Source of the DNA: Candidatus Woesearchaeota archaeon
GTDB taxonomy: Archaea > Nanobdellota > Nanobdellia > Pacearchaeales > GW2011-AR1
Assembly: GCA_964413095.1 (NCBI GenBank)
Contig: CAYPRJ010000002.1
Location: forward strand, 563-64,562
DNA length: 64,000 bases
Direction: 5' to 3'
The notes beneath the pieces were generated by a model that was given only the letters and a program-made list of their open reading frames with translations, had not been told where the DNA came from and did not search any database. The position numbers were made by a program, and so were the translations under genes. Below, piece by piece: positions 51,394-61,000 of this stretch. The number at the start of each line of letters is the position of its first letter. Positions within the stretch are counted from its first letter, which is position 1.

Positions 51394-52446
51394 ATGGAAG
51401 CACATGTTTCAGAAGCAAAAAAAGAGTTAGTTAAAGGGTTTGAAAATTTAGCAAAGAATAGTAAGACTATTTTAATAGCCTCTATAAAAAATATTCCTGC
51501 TTCACAACTCCAGGAGATTAGAAAAGAATTAAGAAATAAGGCTGTTATAAAAGTTCCTAAAAGAAGTTTAATATTAAGAGCATTAGATTCTTTAAAAAAA
51601 GAAGAATTAAAAAAATTTAAAGAAAAAATTATAGAAAATGTCGCTGTTTTATTTTCAAATTTAGATTCTTTTGAACTTGCAGCTGAATTAATAAAAAACA
51701 AAAGACCTGCAGGAGCTAAAGCAGGACAAGAAGCACCAGAAGATATAGAGATTCCTGCTGGCCCTACTGAATTAGTTCCAGGACCTGCAATAAGTGAGTT
51801 AGGAGCATTAGGAATAAAAGTTCAGGTTGAAAATGGAAAAATAAGTATTAAAGAACCAAAAGTTATAGTAAAAAAAGGAGAAAAAATATCTGCAGAAGTT
51901 GCTGGAATAATGAACAAACTTGACATAAAACCTTTTTCAATTGGTTTAATTCCTATAGCTGCTTTTGATATTGAAAAAGGAGAATTATATTTAGATATAA
52001 AAATTGATAATGAAGAAGCTGTAAAGGATTTGAAAAATGCTTTTGGAAAAGCTCTGCCTTTTGCAGTAGAAATAGGATATATTTGTAAGGATACAATTTT
52101 ATTTTTATTGCAAAAATCTGAGAAAGAAGCTAAAGCTTTAGAGAAGTTTGCTGAAGGAAAAGAAGAGAAAAAAGAAGAAGGCAAGGAAGAAACTTCAGAA
52201 AATAAAAAAAATTCTGAATCTCAAGAAAAAGAAAGTGAAGAAAAAAGTGCTGAATCTAAAGATTCAGATATTGAAAAGGGGAATAATAGGAAAAACACTG
52301 AGAGTCAGGGTCAAAATAAAGAAGAACAATTAACAGAAGAAAATTCTAAGTCGCAGAGCGAAGCAAATGAAAGTGAAAGAGCAAGTGAAGAATCAAATGA
52401 AAATCAAACTCCTGAAGGAAATAAATCTGAAGGGGAGGAAAAATAA
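51394..52446 (+). CDS. rpl10: 50S ribosomal stalk protein P0 (uL10) with an atypical low-complexity C-terminus
   Basis: The N-terminal uL10 domain is recognisable (IASIKNIPASQLQEIRKELR, VLFSN). The C-terminal ~110 aa are E/K/S/N-rich and end ...NKSEGEEK, without the GL..LFG-type peptide. Confidence 0.85.
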   Translation: MEAHVSEAKKELVKGFENLAKNSKTILIASIKNIPASQLQEIRKELRNKAVIKVPKRSLILRALDSLKKEELKKFKEKIIENVAVLFSNLDSFELAAELIKNKRPAGAKAGQEAPEDIEIPAGPTELVPGPAISELGALGIKVQVENGKISIKEPKVIVKKGEKISAEVAGIMNKLDIKPFSIGLIPIAAFDIEKGELYLDIKIDNEEAVKDLKNAFGKALPFAVEIGYICKDTILFLLQKSEKEAKALEKFAEGKEEKKEEGKEETSENKKNSESQEKESEEKSAESKDSDIEKGNNRKNTESQGQNKEEQLTEENSKSQSEANESERASEESNENQTPEGNKSEGEEK

Positions 52447-52746
52447 ATGGAAAATGTATATGCGGCACTTTTGTTGCACAAAGCAGGAAAAGATGTCAAT
52501 GAAGAGAACTTGAAAAAAGTTGTTGCAGCTGCTGATTTAGAAGTAGATGAAGCAAAAATAAAGTCTCTTATAGCCAGTTTGAAAGGTGTAGACATTGATA
52601 AAGAACTTGAAAATGCAAGCCAGAATTTTGCCAGCACAGGTGCGCCTGTTTCTGGAGAAGCAAAGCAAGCTGAAGAGAAAAAAGAACCTGAAAAGGAAGA
52701 AAAGAAAGAAGCTGCAGCTGAAGGACTTAGCGCACTCTTCGGATAA
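52447..52746 (+). CDS. rpl12: 50S ribosomal stalk protein P1 (aL12)
   Basis: MENVYAALLLHKAGKDVNEENLKKVV..., an E/K/A-rich hinge and the canonical C-terminal EGLSALFG. Confidence 0.9.
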   Translation: MENVYAALLLHKAGKDVNEENLKKVVAAADLEVDEAKIKSLIASLKGVDIDKELENASQNFASTGAPVSGEAKQAEEKKEPEKEEKKEAAAEGLSALFG

Positions 52747-53053
52747 GATTATTGATTTTTATTAATCTGAAGAGTATTCTCTATTTGGGAATCTAAGTTT
52801 GATGAAATTTTCTAACTTAACCTTATTAGGGTTGTTATTAAAAGCTCCAATAGACAAAATCATCTTAGCTAATTGGAGATTACAGTAAGAACGAACAAAT
52901 TTCTATTTCTTATTTATTTTTGGATAATTTAATTTTTTGATTAGACAGGCAATCCTCTTTTCTAGTTTATACTGAAGAATAATAATTCTTAAAAAAAAGA
53001 TTTCTAAAATAAATCCCCACAAAACTTATAACATCCTTGTAATTTTTCTATTC

Positions 53054-55021
53054 ATGGCTTGGAGTTTATATGAAAATGAGAAATTTCTTGAACCATTAAA
53101 ATTTTCAAACAACAAAACACAGGAAGATGTTGTGAAAGAAGTTTTGGATTTGATTAAAGAGGGAGAGAGAATAATTTTTATTCATGGAATTTGTGGAACT
53201 GGAAAAAGTGCTATAGCCCTGAATATTGCGAGAAATCTTGGAAAGACTTCTATAGTTGTTCCAATAAAAAACCTTCAGGAACAATACAAAAAAGATTATG
53301 AAAATAACAAATATATCTTGAAAAAATCAAATTTTGAAAAATTCCCACAATTGAAGAATCTGGAAGATAAAAAAGAGAAATTAAAAATTAGAGTGATAAC
53401 AGGGAGAAAAAACCATAAATGCAAATTTTTAGAAGATAATAAAAATGCTGTTCCAAAAGTTGTAAAAGAAGTAAATGCAAAACTTCATGATATTTTTGAA
53501 GGGAAAAGAAAAGAAAAATCAACTAAAGAAGATTTGTCTGCAGATAATAAAGATATTCCCTGCAAAATTGAAATAAAAGAAAAGAACTGGAAAAAAATTC
53601 AGAAGTTTTTAGAGAAAAATAAAAAAATAAAAACAAGAGATTTTTTGGATATTAAAGATGTTAAAAGAATTTCTGTTGCAGGTGCCTGCCCTTATTGGTG
53701 TCCTCTATTGCCCGACAAATATGAATTAAAACACTTTGATGACTTTACAAAGCGCGAATATACTGGCCTTAATAATACTAAATTTATTTTTTATTCAAAG
53801 AAATCTTGCTGTGATTTTTATAATCAATTCAATTCATATATTGATGCTAATGTGATGGTTTTTAATTCTTCAAAATATTTTTTAGAAAGCGCGTTAAACA
53901 GAAAACCAGATACAAATGTTGAAATAATTGACGAGTGTGATGAATTCTTAGATAGTTTTTCAAACCAGAGAACAATTAATATTGACAGACTTCAAAATTC
54001 CTTGAGATATTTATTTGGGTTTAAACAAGAAGATATGAAAAAAATCCGAGATGTTGAAAAAATCTCCGGGCAAATTAAAAAAGATGAAAGAATCAATGAT
54101 GCTTTTGAATCTGGGGCAATAATTCCAATTAAAGAAACTGAAGTTTATAACTTATTGAAAATTTTTTTAGAATCTCCTAATTTCCTTGATGAGATTGACG
54201 AAGAAAATTACTTATTTGAAATTGAAGAAACTGCTAAAATATTTGAAGAGTTTTTTGATGAATCTTATTTGAGTGTGAGTAAAAAAAATGACAACCTAAT
54301 TGTTGGGATTGTTACAACAAATCTTGCAAAAAGATTTCAGGAGATGGTTAAGAAAAATAAGATTCTTGTTTTTATGTCTGGAACTCTACACTCTGATATA
54401 GTTCTAAAAGGAGTTTTTGGTTTGGACAATTATAAAATAGTTGAAGCAGAAACAGAGCATCAAGGAAGGATTGAAGTTCACAAAACAGGAATGGAAATGG
54501 ATTGCAAATATGCTAATTTTTCCTCTGGTAAATTTTCAAGGGGAGATTATCTAAAAGTTCTTAACAAATGTATTGAAGTTGCTAAGAAACCTGCGCTGAT
54601 TCATGTGAATGCGTTTTTGGATTTGCCTTCAGAAAAGGAAATTGAAAAATTTGACTTGCATAATTTGATGAGCAGAGAAAAATTAAAGGAAATACAAAAT
54701 AAAGATAAAATTGGGAGTTTAGTTGAGAGATTCAAAAGAGGTCAAAGTGAAGTTTTGTTCACTACTCGTTGTGGTCGCGGGATTGACTTTCCTGGAAAGC
54801 AGTGCAATAGTATTATTTTTACAAAATATCCAAATCCAAATGTACAAGGTGCTTTTTGGAGGATTTTAAACAAAACCAAACCAGAACATTATTGGGATTT
54901 TTATAAAGACAAAGCAAAGAGAGAATTGTGGCAGAAAGTTTATCGTGGACTGAGATTCAAAGAAGACCATGTTTATCTTTTAAGTCCTGATTCAAGAGTT
55001 TTGGAAGTTTTTGAGAATTAA
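53054..55021 (+). CDS. XPD/Rad3/DinG-family SF2 helicase with a four-Cys (Fe-S-like) insert
   Basis: Walker A GICGTGKSAIAL; motif II IIDECDEF. The Cys residues are spaced as in the XPD Fe-S domain (GRKNHKCKF, DIPCKIE, GACPYWCP). C-terminal motif VLFTTRCGRGIDFPG. Confidence 0.6.
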   Translation: MAWSLYENEKFLEPLKFSNNKTQEDVVKEVLDLIKEGERIIFIHGICGTGKSAIALNIARNLGKTSIVVPIKNLQEQYKKDYENNKYILKKSNFEKFPQLKNLEDKKEKLKIRVITGRKNHKCKFLEDNKNAVPKVVKEVNAKLHDIFEGKRKEKSTKEDLSADNKDIPCKIEIKEKNWKKIQKFLEKNKKIKTRDFLDIKDVKRISVAGACPYWCPLLPDKYELKHFDDFTKREYTGLNNTKFIFYSKKSCCDFYNQFNSYIDANVMVFNSSKYFLESALNRKPDTNVEIIDECDEFLDSFSNQRTINIDRLQNSLRYLFGFKQEDMKKIRDVEKISGQIKKDERINDAFESGAIIPIKETEVYNLLKIFLESPNFLDEIDEENYLFEIEETAKIFEEFFDESYLSVSKKNDNLIVGIVTTNLAKRFQEMVKKNKILVFMSGTLHSDIVLKGVFGLDNYKIVEAETEHQGRIEVHKTGMEMDCKYANFSSGKFSRGDYLKVLNKCIEVAKKPALIHVNAFLDLPSEKEIEKFDLHNLMSREKLKEIQNKDKIGSLVERFKRGQSEVLFTTRCGRGIDFPGKQCNSIIFTKYPNPNVQGAFWRILNKTKPEHYWDFYKDKAKRELWQKVYRGLRFKEDHVYLLSPDSRVLEVFEN

Positions 55022-55025
55022 TAAT

Positions 55026-55097
55026 GCCTCAGTAGCTCAGTGGCAGAGCATTTCACTCGTAATGAAAAGGTCGCAAGTTCAAATCTTGCCTGAGGCT
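55026..55097 (+). tRNA. tRNA-Thr (anticodon CGU)
   Basis: Hand fold: GCCTCAG-TA-GCTC-AGTGGCA-GAGC-A-TTTCA-CTCGTAA-TGAAA-AGGTC-GCAAG-TTCAAAT-CTTGC-CTGAGGC-T. 72 nt, no encoded CCA. Confidence 0.9.
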
Positions 55098-55201
55098 TTA
55101 AAATAATAAGAAACAGCCAGCTTAGAAATTAAAAATTTCTGATACCTCTGTTCTTCTTAAAATGAACCTATGATGAATTGAACCTAGAACAAGTTGAAGG
55201 A

Positions 55202-55321
55202 CGCCCCCGCCAGGAATCGAACCTGGAAGCCCGTTAGGGCCCGGTTATCTTGCCTCAAAGAGGAAAGCAAAGCATAAAGCTTAGACTCAAGACCGGTGCA
55301 CTACCATTATGCGACAGAGGC
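55202..55321 (-). tRNA. tRNA-Ser (anticodon UGA) with a 39-nt canonical (37/38) intron and long variable arm
   Basis: Hand fold: acceptor GCCTCTG/CGGGGGC (two G.U pairs), discriminator G; D-arm GCAT-AATGGTA-GTGC; anticodon stem CCGGT/ACCGG with loop CTTGAG|intron|A; variable arm GCCCTAACGGGC; T-arm CCAGG-TTCGATT-CCTGG. The intron spans 55247-55285. Confidence 0.8.
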
Positions 55322-55379
55322 TTGATTAAATAATTAATTAAGAAGTTTTAAAGATTACGATTGTTAACAAATTATGAAG

Positions 55380-55706
55380 TTACAGTTTTATTACATCAAT
55401 CTCAATTCCACCAAATATTTTTTTTGCACCTTTACCTAAATCTTCTGCATATTCATCTAAATTAGGAGAATAACTTTCAATTTGATAACCCATGCTATCA
55501 ATACCTGGCTTTATTTTTATTCCTGGCTCAACTCTAAAAAGTATTCCTCTTTTCATCAGAGGTCCGTTTTTTTCTAATTTAAAAAGATAACCTGGAAGTT
55601 CTTTAGATAATTTTTTTAATTGTTTTTCTAAATAAATTCCGCATCTTTCATAATTAACAAATTGTTGTTTTTGTTCTTCTGTTCTCAAATTTATTATCTG
55701 AAACAT
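55380..55706 (-). CDS. hypothetical protein (108 aa)
   Basis: ORF only. Confidence 0.45.
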   Translation of the reverse strand: MFQIINLRTEEQKQQFVNYERCGIYLEKQLKKLSKELPGYLFKLEKNGPLMKRGILFRVEPGIKIKPGIDSMGYQIESYSPNLDEYAEDLGKGAKKIFGGIEIDVIKL

Positions 55707-55750
55707 ATCTCTTTAATAAGAAGGGGATTTTTAAGTTTTTGTGTTTTCAC

Positions 55751-56020
55751 CTATAAATCCAGAAGTCTTTTCCACCAAGGTTTTTTTATTTTTATTGGCT
55801 TGTTATTCTCGTCGATGATTTCATATTTTATTTTTGGCTTTTCTTTTAATATGGGAGCTTTCTCTGCAAGTTCTTTTTGTGCTTTATCTAAAGCTGATTC
55901 AACTGCTGAACGAGAATATCCCTGATTAATTAAGGCCCATTTTAATGTTTCTGTGGTATAACCTCTTGAGAGATTTTTTTTAAAATAATTCACAAGATTT
56001 TTTCTATAATCTTCCACCAT
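55751..56020 (-). CDS. hypothetical protein (89 aa)
   Basis: ORF only. It has a helical N-terminal half and a K-rich C-terminal half. Confidence 0.4.
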   Translation of the reverse strand: MVEDYRKNLVNYFKKNLSRGYTTETLKWALINQGYSRSAVESALDKAQKELAEKAPILKEKPKIKYEIIDENNKPIKIKKPWWKRLLDL

Positions 56021-56059
56021 TTAATAAAATAAAAATCTGAGTTTAAAAAATTAGTTGTG

Positions 56060-57547
56060 TTAGTTTATTTTAATTGGCTTTTCAGTTTTATAAAATTTAA
56101 CTGCTTCTTTAAGTCTTTGTTCAGAACTAGAATAAATTGTTAAAAGTTTCTGTCTTTTTTTAATTTTGTCGCCAGTATGATAATAAAGATAAACTCCTGA
56201 AGATTTGCTTATTGGACATCCTGTTAATCTAGCTAAAGAATTTATCTTTTTTATTTGTATTTCTCTTATTTTTCCTGTTCTATAGGATAAAATATTTCTC
56301 TTGTATTTAGCAGGTTTTAATTTGTCTATTTTTTTCACATCTCCTTTTTGAGCTTCAATTATTTTTTTAAATTTTTCAAATGCTTTTCCATCATCTAAAA
56401 TTTTTTTTGCTAATTGCTTTCCCTTTCCTTTTTTTGCTTTTCCTGTTAATTCTAAAAGCTCTCCTGAAATTTCAAGTGATTTTTCCTCTAACTTATGGCA
56501 AGGATTTTTCCTAGTTAAAATTTTTATGGCGTCAATCATTTCTAGAACAGGACCAATACCATTTCCTATTGGGCCTGAAACTTTTGTTAAAACAACTTTA
56601 ATTTTTTTATGAAAATATTCTGCTATTTTTTCAAATTTTCTTTTTAACTTTAGTGCTTTTTTCTTATCTACTTTTGCTCCTTTTCCATAAGGTATGTGGA
56701 TAACTAAATATTTACTTCCTGCAGCTAATTTTTTTGACATTATTGATGCTAAAAGTTGTGCTTCTGGATCAATTCCAAGTTGTCTTTCTACCTTAATTAT
56801 CTTAGAATCAGCAGGAACTAATCCTAAAGCTCCTCCCCAAACTATACAAGCATTTGTTTTTTTTATGATTTTTTTTATTTCTTTTATTGAAAATTCAACT
56901 TTTGCTAAGGTTTCAATAGCATCAGCAGTTCCTGAAGGAGAAGTGATTGCTCGTGAAGAGCTTTTTGGAAAGGTTAAACCAGCAGCTGCACAAATAGAAA
57001 CAATTATCGGTGTTGTTCTTCCAGGAATTCCTCCTATAGAATGTTTATCAGCAATAAGTTTGCTCTTCAAATTAAAATGATTTCCTGATTCATAAATTGC
57101 TTTTGTCAAATAAATTGTTTCTTTTATATTCATTCCTTGTCTATACATTGCTGAAATAAAAAGTGCAATTTCTGCTTCAGAAAGAGAATTAGTAACAACA
57201 TCTTGAATAATTTCCTCTATTTCTTTTTTTGAAAAAGTGCTCCCATCTAATTTATTTTTTATATAATCTAAACTTTTTTGTGCTGGTGCAAGAACCACTT
57301 CTACTTTTTGATTATCTCTTAAGTTAAGAACATTTTTTAATTCTGAAGAAACAGCTATCTCTTTTCTACTTACTAAATGATCTGCAATAGTATCAACAAT
57401 TGTAGAAATTTTTTTAGAATTTTTGGAAAGTGTTTTAATAGAAACTCTGTCTTTTGTATGGACACCCATTTCTTTTGCTGTTTTTTCATTAAGCATAGCA
57501 ACAGGTAATCCTGCAGACCATTTTAGAAATTTAATTTTTAGTTTCAT
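56060..57547 (-). CDS. deoA: AMP phosphorylase (thymidine phosphorylase family, archaeal long type)
   Basis: 495 aa. An N-terminal extra domain (MKLKIKFLKWSAGLPVAMLNEKTAKEMGV) precedes the DKHSIGGIPG, TSPSGTADA and GIDPEAQLLASIMSKK motifs. Confidence 0.8.
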   Translation of the reverse strand: MKLKIKFLKWSAGLPVAMLNEKTAKEMGVHTKDRVSIKTLSKNSKKISTIVDTIADHLVSRKEIAVSSELKNVLNLRDNQKVEVVLAPAQKSLDYIKNKLDGSTFSKKEIEEIIQDVVTNSLSEAEIALFISAMYRQGMNIKETIYLTKAIYESGNHFNLKSKLIADKHSIGGIPGRTTPIIVSICAAAGLTFPKSSSRAITSPSGTADAIETLAKVEFSIKEIKKIIKKTNACIVWGGALGLVPADSKIIKVERQLGIDPEAQLLASIMSKKLAAGSKYLVIHIPYGKGAKVDKKKALKLKRKFEKIAEYFHKKIKVVLTKVSGPIGNGIGPVLEMIDAIKILTRKNPCHKLEEKSLEISGELLELTGKAKKGKGKQLAKKILDDGKAFEKFKKIIEAQKGDVKKIDKLKPAKYKRNILSYRTGKIREIQIKKINSLARLTGCPISKSSGVYLYYHTGDKIKKRQKLLTIYSSSEQRLKEAVKFYKTEKPIKIN

Positions 57548-57588
57548 TTTTCCTCTTTTTTAATAATTAGAAAAAATGATTTTTATAT

Positions 57589-58632
57589 CTATTGTTTATC
57601 TGACTGAATAATAAGACTGGGAATGTTTTTCTTTCTATAAAGCTCTAAGAAAATTATTAGATAAGCTAAAATTAATGGTCCAAGGATAAATCCTAAAATT
57701 CCTAAGAATAAATAGCCCCCAATCATTCCAATTAAAGCTACAGCAGGATGTAGTTTGGATTTTCTTGAGACAAGAATTGGCCTTAATAAATTGTCAACAA
57801 AAGAAGAAATTATTGCAAAAATTATAATTCCAACTAAAGCTATTGTATTGCCCTGTATAATTAAAAAAATTCCAACTGGTATTGCTATTAAAGCAGGTCC
57901 TATTATAGGAAAAATTCCTGCTAAAACAGAGAAGAAAGTTAAAAGCAACGCATTTGGAATTCCAAAAATAAAAAACCCAAGTCCTAAAATTAGTCCCTGA
58001 ATAATTCCTATAATTATTTGTCCATATAAAACAGATTTAGTTATTCCTTCTGAAGATTTAATCAGTTTATATTCAATATCTTTTGAAAAAGGTATTAAAC
58101 TTTTAATATAGGGTAAAAGTTTGTCTTTATCCCTTACAACAAAAAATAAAGTGAAAAAAACCAAAACTAAATGTAAAAGAATATTTGGAAGTTTAAATAT
58201 TATATCTGAAAAAGAACTCATTAAAGAATTTATTGTCTTGGTTATAAAAGAAGAAATAACAGGGACTATCTGTTCTGAAAATTGCTCTGAAGAAAATAAA
58301 GCAGGAAAAATCTCTTTTAGTGGAGTAATTAAATCCATTTCCTGCGCAGATAAATAAAGTCTCACAGATTGTTCAACAAATAATGGAGTTAAAAATATTA
58401 AAGGAAGAATTATTATTAACAATAAGATTATACAAATTATAAGAGCAGAAAGATTTTTCCTTTTGATTTTTTTGTAAACCCAGTCATAAAAAGGAGAAAA
58501 AACAAATGCAAGAATTAAACCAAAAATTATTGAGAGCAAAATTGGTTTTAATAAGAAAAAAGATAAAACTATAAGTGCAGCTAAAATAACCAAAGTTAGG
58601 ATTTTTTTAAAATAAGTATCATCTAATTTCAT
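57589..58632 (-). CDS. AI-2E family transporter (UPF0118/PerM-like)
   Basis: 347-aa polytopic protein with IPNALLLTFFSVLAGIFPIIGPALIAIP and VDNLLRPILVS blocks typical of the family. Confidence 0.7.
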   Translation of the reverse strand: MKLDDTYFKKILTLVILAALIVLSFFLLKPILLSIIFGLILAFVFSPFYDWVYKKIKRKNLSALIICIILLLIIILPLIFLTPLFVEQSVRLYLSAQEMDLITPLKEIFPALFSSEQFSEQIVPVISSFITKTINSLMSSFSDIIFKLPNILLHLVLVFFTLFFVVRDKDKLLPYIKSLIPFSKDIEYKLIKSSEGITKSVLYGQIIIGIIQGLILGLGFFIFGIPNALLLTFFSVLAGIFPIIGPALIAIPVGIFLIIQGNTIALVGIIIFAIISSFVDNLLRPILVSRKSKLHPAVALIGMIGGYLFLGILGFILGPLILAYLIIFLELYRKKNIPSLIIQSDKQ

Positions 58633-58706
58633 TTTCTTATAAGGTGTTTTAAATTTATAAAACTTTGTTAAGAAAAATTTATAAGCATAGGGAGGATAAA
58701 AAAGAT

Positions 58707-59420
58707 ATGAATTTTATAAAAAAGATTTTTGACGGAAAAGCAGATGAGCAAGTTCATTTGCAATTTCAAAAATTTAGTAAAGGTGAGTTTAGAAATAAAG
58801 CATTAATCAAAGCTAAAAGGACAGGAAATAAATATACAATTTCAACAAGTGCAGAATTCGGAAATGAGCTTGTAAGAGTTGTTGCTGAAAAAATTGGCTC
58901 TGAAAAAGTTAAAGTTACTGGTGCTGTTGTTTCTACTAATGATTTAAAAGATAAATTGGAAATAAAAGATGTAAAGCAATTTCAAGGAGTTAAAAGATAT
59001 ATTATTGATAATGAAATGTCTGGTGATGAGATTCTTGGCTTGCTTGATGAATTTCCAAAGATTTTTTTTGCTTTAAGTTTTAGCACTCCTGATAAAGAAA
59101 ATGTTTTGAAAATAAAACCAAAAGCTCCAAAATCCGGAAAACCTGGTAAAAAGGGTGATAAAAAACCAAAAGTAGATTTTTGCAAGCTTGTGACAACAAA
59201 TAAAAAAATTGCAGAAAGTTTTGTTTGGGAAAAAGATAATTTTAAGATAGCAGAAATAAATCATACTTTTTTAATTGATGGAATAATTATTCCTGAAGAA
59301 CTAAAAAGCTCAGAAGATTTTAAGAAAATAAGAGAAGAATCAAAAAGAAAAGGAAAAATTGTCAGAGAAGCAAATATAGATGGACAAGTTGTAAAAGAAG
59401 AGAAGGAATTTGAAGCTTAA
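58707..59420 (+). CDS. hypothetical protein (237 aa) preceding the ribosomal protein operon
   Basis: The ATG at 58707 is preceded by GGAGG; no motif recognised. An internal K/P/G-rich linker ([19 protein letters not shown]) is present. Confidence 0.5.
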   Translation: MNFIKKIFDGKADEQVHLQFQKFSKGEFRNKALIKAKRTGNKYTISTSAEFGNELVRVVAEKIGSEKVKVTGAVVSTNDLKDKLEIKDVKQFQGVKRYIIDNEMSGDEILGLLDEFPKIFFALSFSTPDKENVLKIKPKAPKSGKPGKKGDKKPKVDFCKLVTTNKKIAESFVWEKDNFKIAEINHTFLIDGIIIPEELKSSEDFKKIREESKRKGKIVREANIDGQVVKEEKEFEA

Positions 59421-59436
59421 GGTGAAAATAAAACTT

Positions 59437-59541
59437 ATGTTCGCATGGTATGATTTTTGGATAGGATTCTACTGGAACAAAAAAAAGAAAACACTCTACT
59501 TTCTTCCATTTCCTATGCTGGGATTAAAAATAAGTTTTTAA
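59437..59541 (+). CDS. possible 34-aa small membrane peptide
   Basis: My translation is [34 protein letters not shown]. The aromatic/hydrophobic-basic-hydrophobic pattern resembles small peptides I recall as widespread (YD.WIG.YWD...LY..P.P), but no database check was possible. Confidence 0.3.
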   Translation: MFAWYDFWIGFYWNKKKKTLYFLPFPMLGLKISF

Positions 59542-59636
59542 GGATAAAAATAATTAACAAAACCCTTAAAAAGCCCCAGTTTCTACTAAATATATCCAGG
59601 GTAAGAATAAAATGATAATTTCCGCTAAAATAAGAA

Positions 59637-60578
59637 ATGCCGACAAGGAAATCACCAAGAAAAGGAAGTTTGCAGTATTGGCCAAGAAAAAGAGCCAGTA
59701 AATTTTTGCCTAGTGTAAACTGGAAGGCAATTGATTCTGAAAAAAATTTTAAAGGATTTATTTGCTATAAAGCTGGAATGACTTCTGCCTATGTTAAAGA
59801 TAATACAGAACATTCTATGACTAAGGGGAAAGGAATTATTGCTCCTGCTACAATTCTTGAATGTCCTCAAATGAAAATTTTCTCTGTAAGATTCTACAAA
59901 AATGATAAAATAGCTAAAGAAGTTTTGTCTGAAAAATTAGATAAAGAATTAAAAAGCAAAGTTAAACTTCCTAAACAAAACAAAAAATTTCCTGAAAAAA
60001 CAGAGAATTATGATAATGCGAAAATTATATGTTATTCTTCTGTTAAAAATACAAATATAAAAAAAACTCCTGATTTAATAGAAATAGGTTTATCTGGAAG
60101 TTTTGAAGATAAAATGAATTTTATTAAAGAAAATCTTGGCAAAGAAATTTCTATTACAGATTTTTTTGAAAAAGGAGAGCTTGTTGATATAAGGGGTTTG
60201 ACAAAAGGCAAAGGACTTCAAGGGCCTGTAAAAAGATTTGGTATAACTTTAAAACAACATAAATCAGAAAAAGGGAGAAGACGTCCTGGTAGCTTGGGAC
60301 CATGGCATCCTGCAAGAGTAACTTTCAGAGCACCACAAGCAGGACAATTAGGAATGTTTACAAGAATCATATATAATAATAAAATTCTTGATATAGGAAA
60401 TGCTAAAGAGAAACCTGAATTAAGAAACATAAAAAATTTTGGAGATATAAAAACAGATTATATTGTTGTTGCAGGAAGTATTCAAGGGCCAGCAAAAAGA
60501 CAATTACTTATTACAGCGCCTTTAAGAAAAACTAAAAGACAAACTAAAAAGAATTTTGAGCTTTTGGAGTTGAGATGA
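59637..60578 (+). CDS. rpl3: 50S ribosomal protein L3 (uL3)
   Basis: PRKGSLQYWPRKRA, GYKAGMT, TKGKGLQGPVKRFG and PGSLGPWHPARV. Confidence 0.95.
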   Translation: MPTRKSPRKGSLQYWPRKRASKFLPSVNWKAIDSEKNFKGFICYKAGMTSAYVKDNTEHSMTKGKGIIAPATILECPQMKIFSVRFYKNDKIAKEVLSEKLDKELKSKVKLPKQNKKFPEKTENYDNAKIICYSSVKNTNIKKTPDLIEIGLSGSFEDKMNFIKENLGKEISITDFFEKGELVDIRGLTKGKGLQGPVKRFGITLKQHKSEKGRRRPGSLGPWHPARVTFRAPQAGQLGMFTRIIYNNKILDIGNAKEKPELRNIKNFGDIKTDYIVVAGSIQGPAKRQLLITAPLRKTKRQTKKNFELLELR

Positions 60579-61000
60579 TTGAAAAGATATGCTTATGTTC
60601 AAGTAGAAAGTTTTTTGATAAACTTAAGATAATGAAAAAAGATTTAGAAGAGCTGGGTTATGAAGTTTTACTTCCAAGTATGAACAATATCCAAGATGAT
60701 TTTTATCTTAAAAATAGAAGAGAAACTGAATTTGCTAAAATCCATTATGATTTAATCAGAAATCATTTTAAAAAAATTGAAAAAAGTGATGCTATTCTTG
60801 TATGCAATTATGATAAGAAAGGCATTAAGGGTTACATTGGAGGAAGTGTCTTGATAGAGATGGCTAAAGCTTTTGATAGTGATAAACCAATTTTTTTATT
60901 GAACTCTGTTCCAGAGATAGATTATAGGGCAGAGATTCTTGCTATGCAACCCATTGAATTAAACAAATTAGAAAATATTAAACAATATCCAGAAAAATGA
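60575..61000 (+). CDS. nucleoside 2-deoxyribosyltransferase-superfamily-like protein (Rossmann-like), inserted between rpl3 and rpl4
   Basis: 141 aa; KSDAILVCNYDKKGIKGYIGGSVLIEMAKAFDSDKPIFLL resembles the NDT-like/DUF4406-type pattern (SDA.....g...S.G...E...A...gKpv..l). ATGA overlaps on both sides. Confidence 0.4.
   Translation: MIEKICLCSSRKFFDKLKIMKKDLEELGYEVLLPSMNNIQDDFYLKNRRETEFAKIHYDLIRNHFKKIEKSDAILVCNYDKKGIKGYIGGSVLIEMAKAFDSDKPIFLLNSVPEIDYRAEILAMQPIELNKLENIKQYPEK

Noticed and set aside
55098-55201. A C/D-box sRNA candidate between the two tRNAs (CTGA at about 55139, ATGATGA at about 55172). Another TTGATGA lies at about 52799.
   Set aside because: The box order and spacing are wrong: the D-like box precedes the C-like box, and there are no terminal C/D pair, kink-turn-forming flanks or terminal stem. 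These are most likely chance matches in AT-rich DNA or tRNA leader/trailer sequence.
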